Shown here: positions 29,588-39,421 of the stretch, one piece after another | Numbering within the stretch: the stretch's first letter is position 1 | How the letters are laid out: every line of letters starts with the position of its first letter | Source of the DNA: an uncultured Mycoplasmatota bacterium | Lineage (GTDB): Bacteria > Bacillota_I > Bacilli_A > RF39 > UBA660 | Reading direction: 5' to 3' | Assembly: GCA_900544605.1 (NCBI GenBank) | Contig: UQVP01000001.1 | Coordinates: forward strand, 21,858-85,857 | DNA length: 64,000 nt | Notes under the pieces: model-generated | The model's input: only the letters and a program-made list of their open reading frames with translations | Database searches by the model: none | Told to the model about the DNA's origin: nothing | Program-made: the position numbers and the translations under genes

Positions 29588-30535
29588 ATGAAAAAGAAAG
29601 TCGTTATATTAGGAGGAGGAACAGGAATGTCATCCCTTCTTAGAGGCTTAAAAGAGTTTCCCTTAGAGATAACATCTATTGTCTCTGTTTGTGATGATGG
29701 AAAAAGTACTGGTAAAATTAGAAAAGAATTTAATACTCCAGCACTAGGAGATATAAGAAAAGTTTTAGCAGCTTTGTCCGAAACCGAACCACTTTTTGAA
29801 AAAATGTTAAATTATCGTTTTCAAACAAATGGTTCTTTTAATGGCCACACGGTAGGTAATTTACTATTAGTTGCAATGAGTGAAATAACTGGATCTGTGT
29901 CAAATGGAATTGAATCACTAAGTAATATTTTGAATCTTAAAGGAAAAGTTTTACCTCTTACAGAAGAAAGTAATAATACTTTAGTAGCTAGAATGGCTGA
30001 TGGTAAAGTTATAGAAGGTGAACATAAAATAACTAAATATCCAAGTCCTATAGAGGAAGTATGGTTTAAAGATAAAACAGAGGTAAATAAAGAGACAATA
30101 ACAGCTATATTAGATGCAGATTTAATAGTTTTAAGTATGGGTAGTCTATATACAAGTGTTGTACCTAATTTATTATGTCAAGATATAAAAGATGCAATAG
30201 ATAGAAGTAAAGCCAAAATTTTATATGTCTGCAATATGATGACTCAACCAGGGGAAACAGATAATTATACTGTAAGTGATCATGTTAAGGTATTAAATAA
30301 GTACTTAGGAACAAAAAAGATAGGGGTTGTTGTAGCTAATAATGGCTATATAAGTAAAACTTTGGCCCGTCGTTATTACACTTTAGAACAAAAAGATCCC
30401 GTAAAATTAGATCGTGATGAATTAAAAAAATTAAAAGTTAAAGTAATAGATGATAATTTTGTTAGCATTGAAGATGGTCTTTTACGTCATAATGCAATTA
30501 AAGTATCAAGTCAAATTTTCTCTTATTTATTATAA
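29588..30535 (+). CDS. yvcK: Gluconeogenesis factor YvcK (CofD-like, UPF0052)
   Basis: VVILGGGTGMSSLLRGLK N-terminus; precedes whiA. Confidence 0.85.
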   Translation: MKKKVVILGGGTGMSSLLRGLKEFPLEITSIVSVCDDGKSTGKIRKEFNTPALGDIRKVLAALSETEPLFEKMLNYRFQTNGSFNGHTVGNLLLVAMSEITGSVSNGIESLSNILNLKGKVLPLTEESNNTLVARMADGKVIEGEHKITKYPSPIEEVWFKDKTEVNKETITAILDADLIVLSMGSLYTSVVPNLLCQDIKDAIDRSKAKILYVCNMMTQPGETDNYTVSDHVKVLNKYLGTKKIGVVVANNGYISKTLARRYYTLEQKDPVKLDRDELKKLKVKVIDDNFVSIEDGLLRHNAIKVSSQIFSYLL

Positions 30536-30547
30536 AGGAGGTACTAT

Positions 30548-31477
30548 ATGTCTTTTACACAAGAAGTAAAACAAGAAATAATTAGTTTGCAGACACTTGA
30601 AACAGAAAAAATATCTGAATTGTCAGCAATTATACATAATTCCATCATTACTGATGATTGTATAAGAATAGTTTCTGAAAATAACTCTGTTGTTAGATAT
30701 ATATTTTCTTTAATAAAAGACATATATCAAATAACCCCAAAAGTTATAGTTAGACGTGGTTATAATTATAAAAAAAACTATATATATATTCTTGAAATTT
30801 ATAATAAATTTGATGATATATTATTAGATTTAGGAATAGAAAAAAATAATAAAATATTAGTAGTGCCTCAGAAGTATATTGTAGATGATGATTCTTTATT
30901 AAGAAAATATCTTACAGGTGTATTTTTAATAACAGGAAGTATAAACGATCCTAAAAAATCACGTTATCATTTAGAATTTCTAGTAAATAATAAAGAATAT
31001 TCGGAATTTCTAAAAGAATTATTAAATAAATTTAATTTAAATAGTAAAGTAATTAAACGAGAAACAAAATATATGGTTTATATAAAAGAGGCAGAAAAAA
31101 TAGGTGATTTTTTAAGACTTATAAACGCTACTAAAAGTCTACTTTACTATGAAGATATAAGAATATATCGAGATCATAAGAATATGACAAATAGATTAAA
31201 TAACTGTGAGCAAGCTAATGTCGATAAAATAATTAGTGTTGCAAATAATCAAATTAATGATATAAAAACAATAATGGATATAGGAAGTCTAGCCTTACTT
31301 GATGAAAAAGAACAAGTAGTAGCTAAATACCGTCTTAAATATCCAGATGCCTCACTACTTGAATTGAGTGAAATAATATCTTTAGAAACAGGTAAACCAC
31401 TTACTAAGTCAGGGGTAAATCATCGTATGAAAAAAATAAAATTATTAGCAGAAAAAATAAGAAAGAACGAAAAATAG
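30548..31477 (+). CDS. whiA: DNA-binding protein WhiA
   Basis: 309 aa, LAGLIDADG-like N-domain plus C-terminal HTH; yvcK-whiA synteny. Confidence 0.85.
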   Translation: MSFTQEVKQEIISLQTLETEKISELSAIIHNSIITDDCIRIVSENNSVVRYIFSLIKDIYQITPKVIVRRGYNYKKNYIYILEIYNKFDDILLDLGIEKNNKILVVPQKYIVDDDSLLRKYLTGVFLITGSINDPKKSRYHLEFLVNNKEYSEFLKELLNKFNLNSKVIKRETKYMVYIKEAEKIGDFLRLINATKSLLYYEDIRIYRDHKNMTNRLNNCEQANVDKIISVANNQINDIKTIMDIGSLALLDEKEQVVAKYRLKYPDASLLELSEIISLETGKPLTKSGVNHRMKKIKLLAEKIRKNEK

Positions 31478-31495
31478 CGTTCTTTTATTATTTTT
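31463..31495 (+). terminator. Intrinsic terminator after whiA (AAGAACG-loop-CGTTCTT plus T-rich)
   Basis: Read from sequence; stop codon lies in the loop. Confidence 0.55.
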
Positions 31496-31549
31496 AACGA
31501 CAATTTACTTATTTTATAGTATAATAAATGTGATTAAGAGGAGGTATAT

Positions 31550-31990
31550 ATGAAAGTTATATTTCTTAAAGATGTAAAAAAACAAGGTAAAAAAGGTGAA
31601 ATAAAAGAAGTTGCAGACGGTTATGGTAAAAACTTCTTAATAAAAAATGGCTATGCAGTTTTAGCAACTCAGACAGGTGTTAAAAGATTAAATGCCGAAA
31701 ATGAAGAAAAGCGTTTAGAAGAAAATTTAAACATTAAAAACTGCGAAGCATTAAAACAAAAGTTAGAAAAAGCAAAGTTTAAATTTAAGGTAAAAACCGG
31801 AACTGGTGATCGTGTTTTTGGTAGTATAAGCACAAAATCAATTGCAGAAGAGTTAAAAAAACAAGGATTTGACATAGATAAGAAAAAAATAAAATTAGAT
31901 AGTCCTTTAACTTCTTTAGGGTTTCATAATGTACAAATAGAATTACATAAAGAAGTATTAGCACAAATAAAAGTAGAATTAACGAAGTAG
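31550..31990 (+). CDS. rplI: 50S ribosomal protein L9
   Basis: [31 protein letters not shown]. Confidence 0.95.
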   Translation: MKVIFLKDVKKQGKKGEIKEVADGYGKNFLIKNGYAVLATQTGVKRLNAENEEKRLEENLNIKNCEALKQKLEKAKFKFKVKTGTGDRVFGSISTKSIAEELKKQGFDIDKKKIKLDSPLTSLGFHNVQIELHKEVLAQIKVELTK

Positions 31991-31998
31991 GTGATATT

Positions 31999-33351
31999 AT
32001 GCAAGAAAGAAATATGCCGCATAATTTAGAAGCAGAACAATCTGTACTAGGATCAATGTTCTTGTCAAAATATGCATTACAAAAAGCTTTAGAGTCCTTA
32101 ACAAAAGAATCATTTTATTCTGATAGTAATGCTAAAATATTTGAAGTTATTGATTTTTTATCAGAAAAAGGTACAAGTATAGATTTAACAACAGTAACAG
32201 CAGAGTTAGATAATAGAAAATGGTTAAAACAAGTAGGAGATATTGAATATGTAACTGAAATAGTAAATATTGTACCAAGTGCTGCTAATATCGATGAATA
32301 TATTAAAATTGTCGAAGAAAAAGCCGTTTTAAGAAGATTAATTAATGAAGCCACAGATATTGTAAGTAGTGGTTATAATCAAGCGGAAGATGTTAATGAT
32401 ATTCTTGATAATGCTGAAAAAAAGATACTTAATGTCGTAAAGACACGAAAAGGAACTGAGTTTAGAAGTATTCAAGATGTATTATTTAAAACCCAAGCTG
32501 ATTTAGAAAAACTAGCTCAAACAAAAAATGAAATTACGGGGTTAGTTACAGGTTTTTATGATTTAGATAAAATCACATCTGGATTACACGGAAATGAATT
32601 AATAATTATAGCTGCTCGTCCAGCCATGGGAAAAACAGCATTTGCTGTTAATTTAGCTACTAATATAGCTATTCAAAATAAGAAACCAGTTGCCCTTTTT
32701 AACATGGAAATGGGTGCTGAACAACTAGCAATGCGTATGCTTTCTTCTGCTGGTCAAATTGATGGTTATAAATTAAAAAATGGAAGACTTGAGCATGATG
32801 ATTGGAAAAGGGTTAATGAAGCAATAAGCCGTCTTGCAGAGACAAAGATATTTATTGATGATACTCCTGGAATGACAATAGGTGAAATAAGAGCTAAATG
32901 TCGTCGTTTAGCAAGTTCTGAAGGTGGATTAGGGGTAGTAATTATCGACTACTTACAATTAATCACAGGTTCTGCAAAATATGCTGGAAATAGACAACAA
33001 GAAGTATCTGAAATATCGCGTTCTTTAAAGACACTAGCTATGGAATTAGAAATACCAGTAGTAGCTTTAGCGCAGTTATCCCGTACTGTTGAAGGAAGAG
33101 AAGATAAACGCCCTTTATTAAGCGATTTAAGAGAGTCTGGGTCAATAGAACAAGATGCAGATATAGTTGCGTTCTTGTATCGTGATGATTATTATACAAA
33201 AGAAGTATCAATTGATGAAAATACAAGTAAAAGTGAATTTATTATAGCTAAGCACCGTAACGGTCCAACCGCAACAATAGATTTAATTTTCAAACGCAAC
33301 ACAAGTACATTTGTAAGTATGTTAAAGAGTGATAAACAACATGAAGGTTAG
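31999..33351 (+). CDS. dnaB: Replicative DNA helicase (DnaB family)
   Basis: Walker A ARPAMGKTAF, RecA-like core; rplI-dnaB synteny. Confidence 0.95.
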   Translation: MQERNMPHNLEAEQSVLGSMFLSKYALQKALESLTKESFYSDSNAKIFEVIDFLSEKGTSIDLTTVTAELDNRKWLKQVGDIEYVTEIVNIVPSAANIDEYIKIVEEKAVLRRLINEATDIVSSGYNQAEDVNDILDNAEKKILNVVKTRKGTEFRSIQDVLFKTQADLEKLAQTKNEITGLVTGFYDLDKITSGLHGNELIIIAARPAMGKTAFAVNLATNIAIQNKKPVALFNMEMGAEQLAMRMLSSAGQIDGYKLKNGRLEHDDWKRVNEAISRLAETKIFIDDTPGMTIGEIRAKCRRLASSEGGLGVVIIDYLQLITGSAKYAGNRQQEVSEISRSLKTLAMELEIPVVALAQLSRTVEGREDKRPLLSDLRESGSIEQDADIVAFLYRDDYYTKEVSIDENTSKSEFIIAKHRNGPTATIDLIFKRNTSTFVSMLKSDKQHEG

Positions 33352-34108
33352 TTTATTAGCAAGTGGAAGCAAAGGGAATTGTTGTTTTGTTGAAACAAAA
33401 AATAATTCTTTTTTAATAGATGCCGGAATGACTTGTGCTTATATAGATAAAGAATTAAATAATGTTGGAAAAACAGGAAAAGATATAGATGCTGTATTTA
33501 TAACACATACTCATACAGATCATATAAATGGTTTAAAAGTATTTGTAAAAAAATATAATCCAATAATATATGTAAGTGAGAAAATGTATCAGGAATTAAG
33601 AAATATTGTTTGGTCTGATAACTATGTAATTATAGATAAAGAACTAATAATAGATGATTTAAAGATAACAGCAATTAAAACTTCTCATGATGCTGACGAT
33701 TCAATGGGATATATTTTTGAAGAAGATGGTCATAGTTTAGTATATATTACCGATACGGGGTATATTAATGCTAAAAATCATCAAAAGTTATCTAACAAGA
33801 ATATGTATATATTAGAAAGTAATCATGATATAGATATGCTTATGAATAATCCTAAATATCCTTATCACCTTAAACAAAGAATACTTGGAGATAAAGGACA
33901 TTTATCAAATAAAGATTGTTCTTATTATTTATCAAAGTTTATTAGTGAAAATACAAAGTGTATTATACTAGCTCATTTAAGTGAACATAATAATACTCCC
34001 GCTTTAGCACTAGAAGAATTAAAAAAAACTTTGCAAGATAATAATAAAAAATGTGATAATATAATTGTTGCAGAACAAAAAGAGAGAACTGAGTTGGTAG
34101 AAGTATGA
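33329..34108 (+). CDS. MBL-fold metallo-hydrolase (YycJ/WalJ-like)
   Basis: HTHTDH metal-binding motif; likely start at MKVSLL (33341). Confidence 0.75.
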   Translation: MINNMKVSLLASGSKGNCCFVETKNNSFLIDAGMTCAYIDKELNNVGKTGKDIDAVFITHTHTDHINGLKVFVKKYNPIIYVSEKMYQELRNIVWSDNYVIIDKELIIDDLKITAIKTSHDADDSMGYIFEEDGHSLVYITDTGYINAKNHQKLSNKNMYILESNHDIDMLMNNPKYPYHLKQRILGDKGHLSNKDCSYYLSKFISENTKCIILAHLSEHNNTPALALEELKKTLQDNNKKCDNIIVAEQKERTELVEV

Positions 34109-34560
34109 TAAAAATACTATGTGTTGGAAAAATAAAAGAAAAATTTTTTAAAGACGCTATCTCTGAGTATAGTAAAAGATTATCTAAATACACAAATCTT
34201 CAAATAATTGAAGTAGATGATATTAATAGTGATAATATAAACACTATTTTGGATAAAGAAAAAGATTTAATTATAAAACATATATCATCTAAAGATTATG
34301 TTATTACTCTTGAAATAGAAGGTAAACAACTAAATTCACTAGAATTTTCTAAAAAGATAGAAGAACTTCAAATTTATAATTCAAGTATTGTTTTTATAAT
34401 TGGAGGTTCTTATGGATTACACCAACAAATAAAAGATAGAGCTGATTATAAATTATCTTTTTCTAAACTAACATTCCCTCATCAATTATTTAGAATTATT
34501 CTTTTAGAACAAATTTATCGTGCCTATAAAATTATAAATAATGAATCTTATCATAAATAA
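34105..34560 (+). CDS. rlmH: 23S rRNA (pseudouridine1915-N3)-methyltransferase RlmH
   Basis: SPOUT-family RlmH length and N-terminus MIKILCVGKIKE. Confidence 0.85.
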   Translation: MIKILCVGKIKEKFFKDAISEYSKRLSKYTNLQIIEVDDINSDNINTILDKEKDLIIKHISSKDYVITLEIEGKQLNSLEFSKKIEELQIYNSSIVFIIGGSYGLHQQIKDRADYKLSFSKLTFPHQLFRIILLEQIYRAYKIINNESYHK

Positions 34561-34565
34561 CTAAG

Positions 34566-34600
34566 GTTGTGTCACAAAAAAATGACACAACTTTTTATTA
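34566..34600 (+). terminator. Intrinsic terminator after rlmH (GTTGTGTCA-loop-TGACACAAC plus T5)
   Basis: Read from sequence. Confidence 0.75.
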
Positions 34601-34626
34601 AATTTTCACTATTCGTCTAATCAATT

Positions 34627-34656
34627 ATTTACATTTTAAATATAGCTATGATATAA
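34627..34656 (+). promoter_or_regulatory. Near-consensus sigma-A promoter (TTTACA-18-TGaTATAAT) for the secreted-protein/ABC operon
   Basis: tttaca at 34627-34632, tataat at 34651-34656 with extended -10 TG. Confidence 0.55.
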
Positions 34657-34730
34657 TCGGTTTGAAAGTAACAGCAGTATCGTTATTTTCATATGGATAA
34701 GGAGAGAATTTAACGATTGGAGGAAAATAA

Positions 34731-35126
34731 ATGAAATTAATTAAAAGTATTATGTTTGTTTTCATGGTTAGTACCTTTTTAGCTGTTACTGGTACAAATG
34801 CCTCTGGGGCTTCTGTTGGATATAGTGATATAACAATATCTGCCCTAGGAGGAACATACACTACTTCTGCTTATGACAAAACAAAAAGTGGACCTAAACA
34901 AAGAATTTATACAACAGATATGACAACCAGCATGAAAGCAAGAACTTATGCAACATTATCCCCATCTGGTTATAGTGATTGGATTAATCTTCAAAAGAAA
35001 GCTGAACAAGATTGGGGAAATCAAAATAGTGATATAAATCAATATAAACTTCAAATAAAATGTACAGGATATAATTTACTTAACGAAAAATACTGGGGTA
35101 TTTGGAAATATAACTGGCCAGAATAA
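34731..35126 (+). CDS. Small secreted protein (Sec signal peptide, about 105-aa mature, Trp-rich C-terminus), function unknown; candidate bacteriocin-like protein
   Basis: MKLIKSIMFVFMVSTFLAVTGTNASGA signal peptide; RBS GGAGG; first gene of an operon with ABC-type permeases. Confidence 0.6.
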   Translation: MKLIKSIMFVFMVSTFLAVTGTNASGASVGYSDITISALGGTYTTSAYDKTKSGPKQRIYTTDMTTSMKARTYATLSPSGYSDWINLQKKAEQDWGNQNSDINQYKLQIKCTGYNLLNEKYWGIWKYNWPE

Positions 35127-35155
35127 TTAAAATAAAATTCTCTCTTTTATCTTAT

Positions 35156-36070
35156 TTGGAGGAAAAAATGAAAAAAATAAAACAAAATTATATATTAATA
35201 TTAACAATTATAATTATTGCAGTTTTAACATTGCTAGCGGTTTATAACAATATAAAAGAATATAAAATGAATGTTTTTTCATATAAATATCATGTTAATC
35301 AATGTAATAATGAATATAAAAATGATAGTTCTATGCAAGAATATTGTAACAATTTAAAATTATGGGGTGGGCCTAAAAGGTCAGATGCATTTTTTACTTT
35401 TTTTGATTTACTTTTTGATGATAGGCTTATGATTTTAGAATTATTGCTTCCCTTGTTAATAATTCTTTGTTCACTAGATAAATTTCTAAAAAAACTTAAA
35501 AGTGGTTATTTAAAAAATGAATTAACTAGGATGCCATATAAAAAAATTATAATTAAAGAGTGGTTAAATGGTGCTAAAATTATTTTTATAATACCTTGTT
35601 TTTTCATAGTTTTATTTATCATTTCCTTTTTTATGACAGGAAATATAAATTATAAAGAGTCGTTGAATAATTTTGACCCTTGGGTTAATCCACTCTTCTT
35701 TAATAATTTATTTACATCAATTATAATTTATTTTTTAAATTTCTTTCTATATGGTGTTTTCTTAGTAAATATAGGTTTTATTGTTGCTAGAGATAGCAAA
35801 AACATTATTTTAACATATATAACAAGTTATTTAGTTTATTTTGGTCTTTGGCTTTTATCTGAAACAATATTAGGATATTTTATATTTAATGGCTTATTAG
35901 GTAAACCCGAATGGCATAATTATTTTTCATTTACATCAATATGGGGTTATCCAAATATAAATAATTTTTATGTTCGTACTTTAATTCAGTTCTTATGGAC
36001 GCTTGGCTCATTTCTTGTTTTAATAAAATTTTATAAAAAGAAAGAGAAGGTGTTAATTAACAATGAGTAA
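35156..36070 (+). CDS. Polytopic membrane protein (ABC-2-like permease candidate) with Cys-containing extracytoplasmic loop
   Basis: 304 aa, multiple TM segments; RBS GGAGG; overlaps next gene. Confidence 0.55.
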   Translation: MEEKMKKIKQNYILILTIIIIAVLTLLAVYNNIKEYKMNVFSYKYHVNQCNNEYKNDSSMQEYCNNLKLWGGPKRSDAFFTFFDLLFDDRLMILELLLPLLIILCSLDKFLKKLKSGYLKNELTRMPYKKIIIKEWLNGAKIIFIIPCFFIVLFIISFFMTGNINYKESLNNFDPWVNPLFFNNLFTSIIIYFLNFFLYGVFLVNIGFIVARDSKNIILTYITSYLVYFGLWLLSETILGYFIFNGLLGKPEWHNYFSFTSIWGYPNINNFYVRTLIQFLWTLGSFLVLIKFYKKKEKVLINNE

Positions 36071-36809
36071 AAATTTTAACTTAGAATTTACAAAGAAAAT
36101 TTTATCTTCAAATAAATCTGTATTATCTATTTTGTTATTAATAGCAACTAATTTTCTTTTAATCCCAAAATATTCAGCAAATTTTGAATATATAGATGCC
36201 TTTATATCTGTGAACAATCTATTTATTTATAATACTATCATTGCTGCTATTTTGCTTTTGAGTACACTAAACACAATTAAAATATTTGAACAAAACAAAA
36301 TATTGATTATTAGGCTTCAAACAAAAGAAAAATATTTTTTAGAGTTATTAAAAACAGTTTTAATAGTTAATTTAGTCGTAATTTTATTGAATTTTATTTT
36401 GTTACTAACAAATTTAAATTTTTTTGCTAATTCTCTTAAAATTCAAAATTTTGTTGTATATAATATACCAAATATTTTGTATGCAGTATTTATATTTTTG
36501 AAGAAAATATTTCTATTTGAATTTTTATCTGTAATATTTTTAATAAGTAACCAAAAACTTAATAAAAATTTATCTATAATAGTATCTCTTGTTATTGTTC
36601 TATTATTGTTTGTCGCACCATATAGCGACATTTATATAAATTCTATATTTAATATTAGATTATTTTATTGGGATTATTTTGTTTATCATAGATATTCCTC
36701 ATTTTTATTAGAATTATCGCTTACTAGTATCTATTTTTGTGGATGCTTTATGGTTTGCTATATATTGTCAAAATATATTATTAAAAATTTAAAAGAAATT
36801 GGTGATTAA
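36063..36809 (+). CDS. Polytopic membrane protein (ABC-2-like permease candidate)
   Basis: 248 aa hydrophobic; start overlaps upstream stop; TAATG coupling to next gene. Confidence 0.55.
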   Translation: MSKNFNLEFTKKILSSNKSVLSILLLIATNFLLIPKYSANFEYIDAFISVNNLFIYNTIIAAILLLSTLNTIKIFEQNKILIIRLQTKEKYFLELLKTVLIVNLVVILLNFILLLTNLNFFANSLKIQNFVVYNIPNILYAVFIFLKKIFLFEFLSVIFLISNQKLNKNLSIIVSLVIVLLLFVAPYSDIYINSIFNIRLFYWDYFVYHRYSSFLLELSLTSIYFCGCFMVCYILSKYIIKNLKEIGD

Positions 36810-37456
36810 TGAAATATATATTTAGAAATGATTTTAATTTTTTTAAAAAATTTTTAACAATAGCTTCAGTATTCTACATATTACCACTAGTTCTTTATTA
36901 TTGTGTATACTTATTGACCGGTGGAGCTCTAGATAAAAATTTAATTAGTCAATTTTTATCATATAATGTAGAATTTAATTCTTCAAAATGGATTTTTATA
37001 ATAATCAGTATATTAAATATTTTAACTTATTTTAGCTTAATAATTAATTTAATTATTAGAGATCTCACATATGGATATGAATATATTTTTTTAAGATTAA
37101 ATATTAAATCATGGCTTCTTTATAAAATAGTTTCTTTATGTTTTTACATTTTTATTTATACAGTTTTAAGAAGTTTATTATTTGTTATTATTACAAACAT
37201 TAATATAAATATAATTGGATTCGATTTAGTATATATAACAATTTATCAATTTATTTTATTTTTGTTTGTTGCTATACTATTATTATTTTTGGTAATAAAT
37301 TTTAAAAATAATATATTACCATTGTTAGTTATGGTTATTCCAATGCTAAATTTTAATTTATTTAGTTTAATAGTTATGACTATTATTATAGTATTTCTGT
37401 TATTACTATCTATAAAAAACAACAATATTAACATTATTAGAGGAGGGTGTAAATAA
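36809..37456 (+). CDS. Polytopic membrane protein (ABC-2-like permease candidate)
   Basis: 215 aa hydrophobic; TAATG stop/start overlaps at both ends. Confidence 0.55.
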   Translation: MKYIFRNDFNFFKKFLTIASVFYILPLVLYYCVYLLTGGALDKNLISQFLSYNVEFNSSKWIFIIISILNILTYFSLIINLIIRDLTYGYEYIFLRLNIKSWLLYKIVSLCFYIFIYTVLRSLLFVIITNININIIGFDLVYITIYQFILFLFVAILLLFLVINFKNNILPLLVMVIPMLNFNLFSLIVMTIIIVFLLLLSIKNNNINIIRGGCK

Positions 37457-38094
37457 TGAAAATACAAATTAAAAATCTTTCTAAAAGTTTTAAAGGAATT
37501 ACCATTTTAGATAATGTATCTATTGAATTTGAATCAGGTAAAATATATGGACTAATAGGAAGAAATGGAAGTGGGAAAAGTGTTTTTTTAAAGCTTCTTT
37601 GTAATTTTTATGTTCCTACTTCTGGCGAAATATTATATGATGGATTAAATATAAATGAAAAAAATATTTTTCTTCCAGATACTAGAGCATTAATAGAAAA
37701 ACCATCATTTTTACCGGATTTATCTGGATTTGATAACTTAAAGTTATTAGCGTCTATTCAAGGAAAAATAGGTGATAAAGAAATTAATGAAAGTTTGAAA
37801 AAAGTCAATTTGTTTGATGATAAAGATAAAAAGTATAAAATATATTCGCTAGGTATGAAACAGAAATTAGGAATAGCGCAAGTGTTGATGGAAGATCCTA
37901 AAGTAATGATACTTGATGAACCATTTAATGGAATTGAAGAAAAAACTGCTGAAAAATTAAGAAATATCTTAAAAGAAGAAGTTAAAAAAGATAAAATTAT
38001 AATTATTGCATCACATATTAAGGAAGACGTATTCGAACTAGCAGATGTAGTTTATAAATTTGATGATGGTAAAGTTGAAATTTGTAATAAATAA
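37456..38094 (+). CDS. ABC transporter ATP-binding protein
   Basis: Walker A GRNGSGKS, signature-like LGMKQKLGIAQ, Walker B ILDEP. Confidence 0.85.
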   Translation: MKIQIKNLSKSFKGITILDNVSIEFESGKIYGLIGRNGSGKSVFLKLLCNFYVPTSGEILYDGLNINEKNIFLPDTRALIEKPSFLPDLSGFDNLKLLASIQGKIGDKEINESLKKVNLFDDKDKKYKIYSLGMKQKLGIAQVLMEDPKVMILDEPFNGIEEKTAEKLRNILKEEVKKDKIIIIASHIKEDVFELADVVYKFDDGKVEICNK

Positions 38095-38160
38095 AAAATT
38101 ATTCAATTGAATAAAAATTTAAAAGATTGCCCACTATTAAATAGAAAGGACAATCTTTTT

Positions 38161-38685
38161 ATGAAAAAAACAATATTTATTTTAATAACAATATTTTTAA
38201 TTTATTATATAATTGGAGCTTTAAGTGAGGAGATAATAAGGATTCCAGACGAGGCAATTAGATTTAGAGTAATAGCTAATAGTAATACAAAACAAGATCA
38301 AGATGTAAAATATAAAGTAAAAGATGAAGTAGAATCATATATGGCTTCTATTTTACAAAATGTTGATACTATTGATGAATCTAGAGCTATTATTTCTACT
38401 AATTTAGATAGTATAAATAGTAAAGTAACTAATGTATTTAATAGAAATAATTATAATCTAAATTATAAAGTTAATTTTGGATTAAATTACTTTCCAGAAA
38501 AGGAATTCAAAGGAATAACTTATGATGCGGGATATTATGAATCATTAGTTATTACTATTGGAGAAGGAAAAGGGGATAATTGGTGGTGTGTATTATTTCC
38601 TCCACTTTGTATGTTAGAAGCCGAAGAAAGTACAGAAGTTGAATATAAATCTTTTGTAAAAGAAATTATTGATAAATATATATAG
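38161..38685 (+). CDS. spoIIR: Stage II sporulation protein R (start moved to MKKTIFIL at 38161)
   Basis: ...IRFRVIANSNTKQDQDVKYKVKDEV...GDNWWCVLFPPLCM matches the SpoIIR family; RBS AAAGGA upstream of 38161. Confidence 0.8.
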   Translation: MKKTIFILITIFLIYYIIGALSEEIIRIPDEAIRFRVIANSNTKQDQDVKYKVKDEVESYMASILQNVDTIDESRAIISTNLDSINSKVTNVFNRNNYNLNYKVNFGLNYFPEKEFKGITYDAGYYESLVITIGEGKGDNWWCVLFPPLCMLEAEESTEVEYKSFVKEIIDKYI

Positions 38686-38760
38686 TTAATAATTTTTAAA
38701 TCACTTAATGTGATGTATAATTAAAACTTCCTATAATAAAATGTTATAGGAGGTTTTTTC

Positions 38761-39291
38761 ATGCAGATATGTATTATATTAACAATAGCGGTAAGTCTTA
38801 GTATGGATGCTTTTTCTTTATCCCTTGCGTATGGAACTTTAGGAATTACCAAAAAAGAAATATCAAAACTATCTTTAATTGTTGGCTTATATCATTTTTT
38901 TATGCCCTTATTTGGATATTATCTAGGTCGTATATTATTAAATATAATTCCTCTTAATCCTGATTTTATTGTTTTTGTTGTTCTTTCTTTTGTTGGTATA
39001 GAAATGATTATTGAATCAATTAAAACAGAAAGTATTGTTAAAAAAACTAAAATTATAGATTTATTATTATTTGGTTTAGCAGTAAGTATGGATAGTTTTT
39101 CTATAGGAATAGGTTTAAATGCAATTTCTCATAAAAAAATATTATGTGCTTTAATTTTTAGTATAACCAGTTATATATTTACATATCTTGGTTTAAATTT
39201 TGGTAAAAAAATAAATCAATTAATTGGTAAAATATCTACTATAATAGGAGGTGTTGTGTTAATAGTAATAGGAATAATATATTTGCTTTAA
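38761..39291 (+). CDS. mntP: MntP-family (DUF204) putative manganese efflux pump
   Basis: Duplicated SMDAFS / SMDSFS motifs in a 6-TM protein. Confidence 0.75.
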   Translation: MQICIILTIAVSLSMDAFSLSLAYGTLGITKKEISKLSLIVGLYHFFMPLFGYYLGRILLNIIPLNPDFIVFVVLSFVGIEMIIESIKTESIVKKTKIIDLLLFGLAVSMDSFSIGIGLNAISHKKILCALIFSITSYIFTYLGLNFGKKINQLIGKISTIIGGVVLIVIGIIYLL

Positions 39292-39421
39292 TTTTCCTTT
39301 TTTTGTTTTTCTTGCCTTTTCCTTCTAAAAATAATATAATTAAAGTGTAATAGGTGGTATTAAAAAAACACCAAAAGATAAAAAAAACATATAAATATAG
39401 TGATAGTAGTGGAGGTTTTAA

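Noticed and set aside
34646-34861. 71-aa minus-strand ORF overlapping the promoter and 5' end of the secreted-protein gene
   Set aside because: It is antisense to a gene with a strong promoter, RBS and signal peptide, and has no independent support.
38686-38760. yybP-ykoY manganese riboswitch upstream of mntP
   Set aside because: The spacer is only about 75 nt and lacks the conserved four-way-junction motifs I would expect. It was reported instead as a simple hairpin or attenuator candidate.
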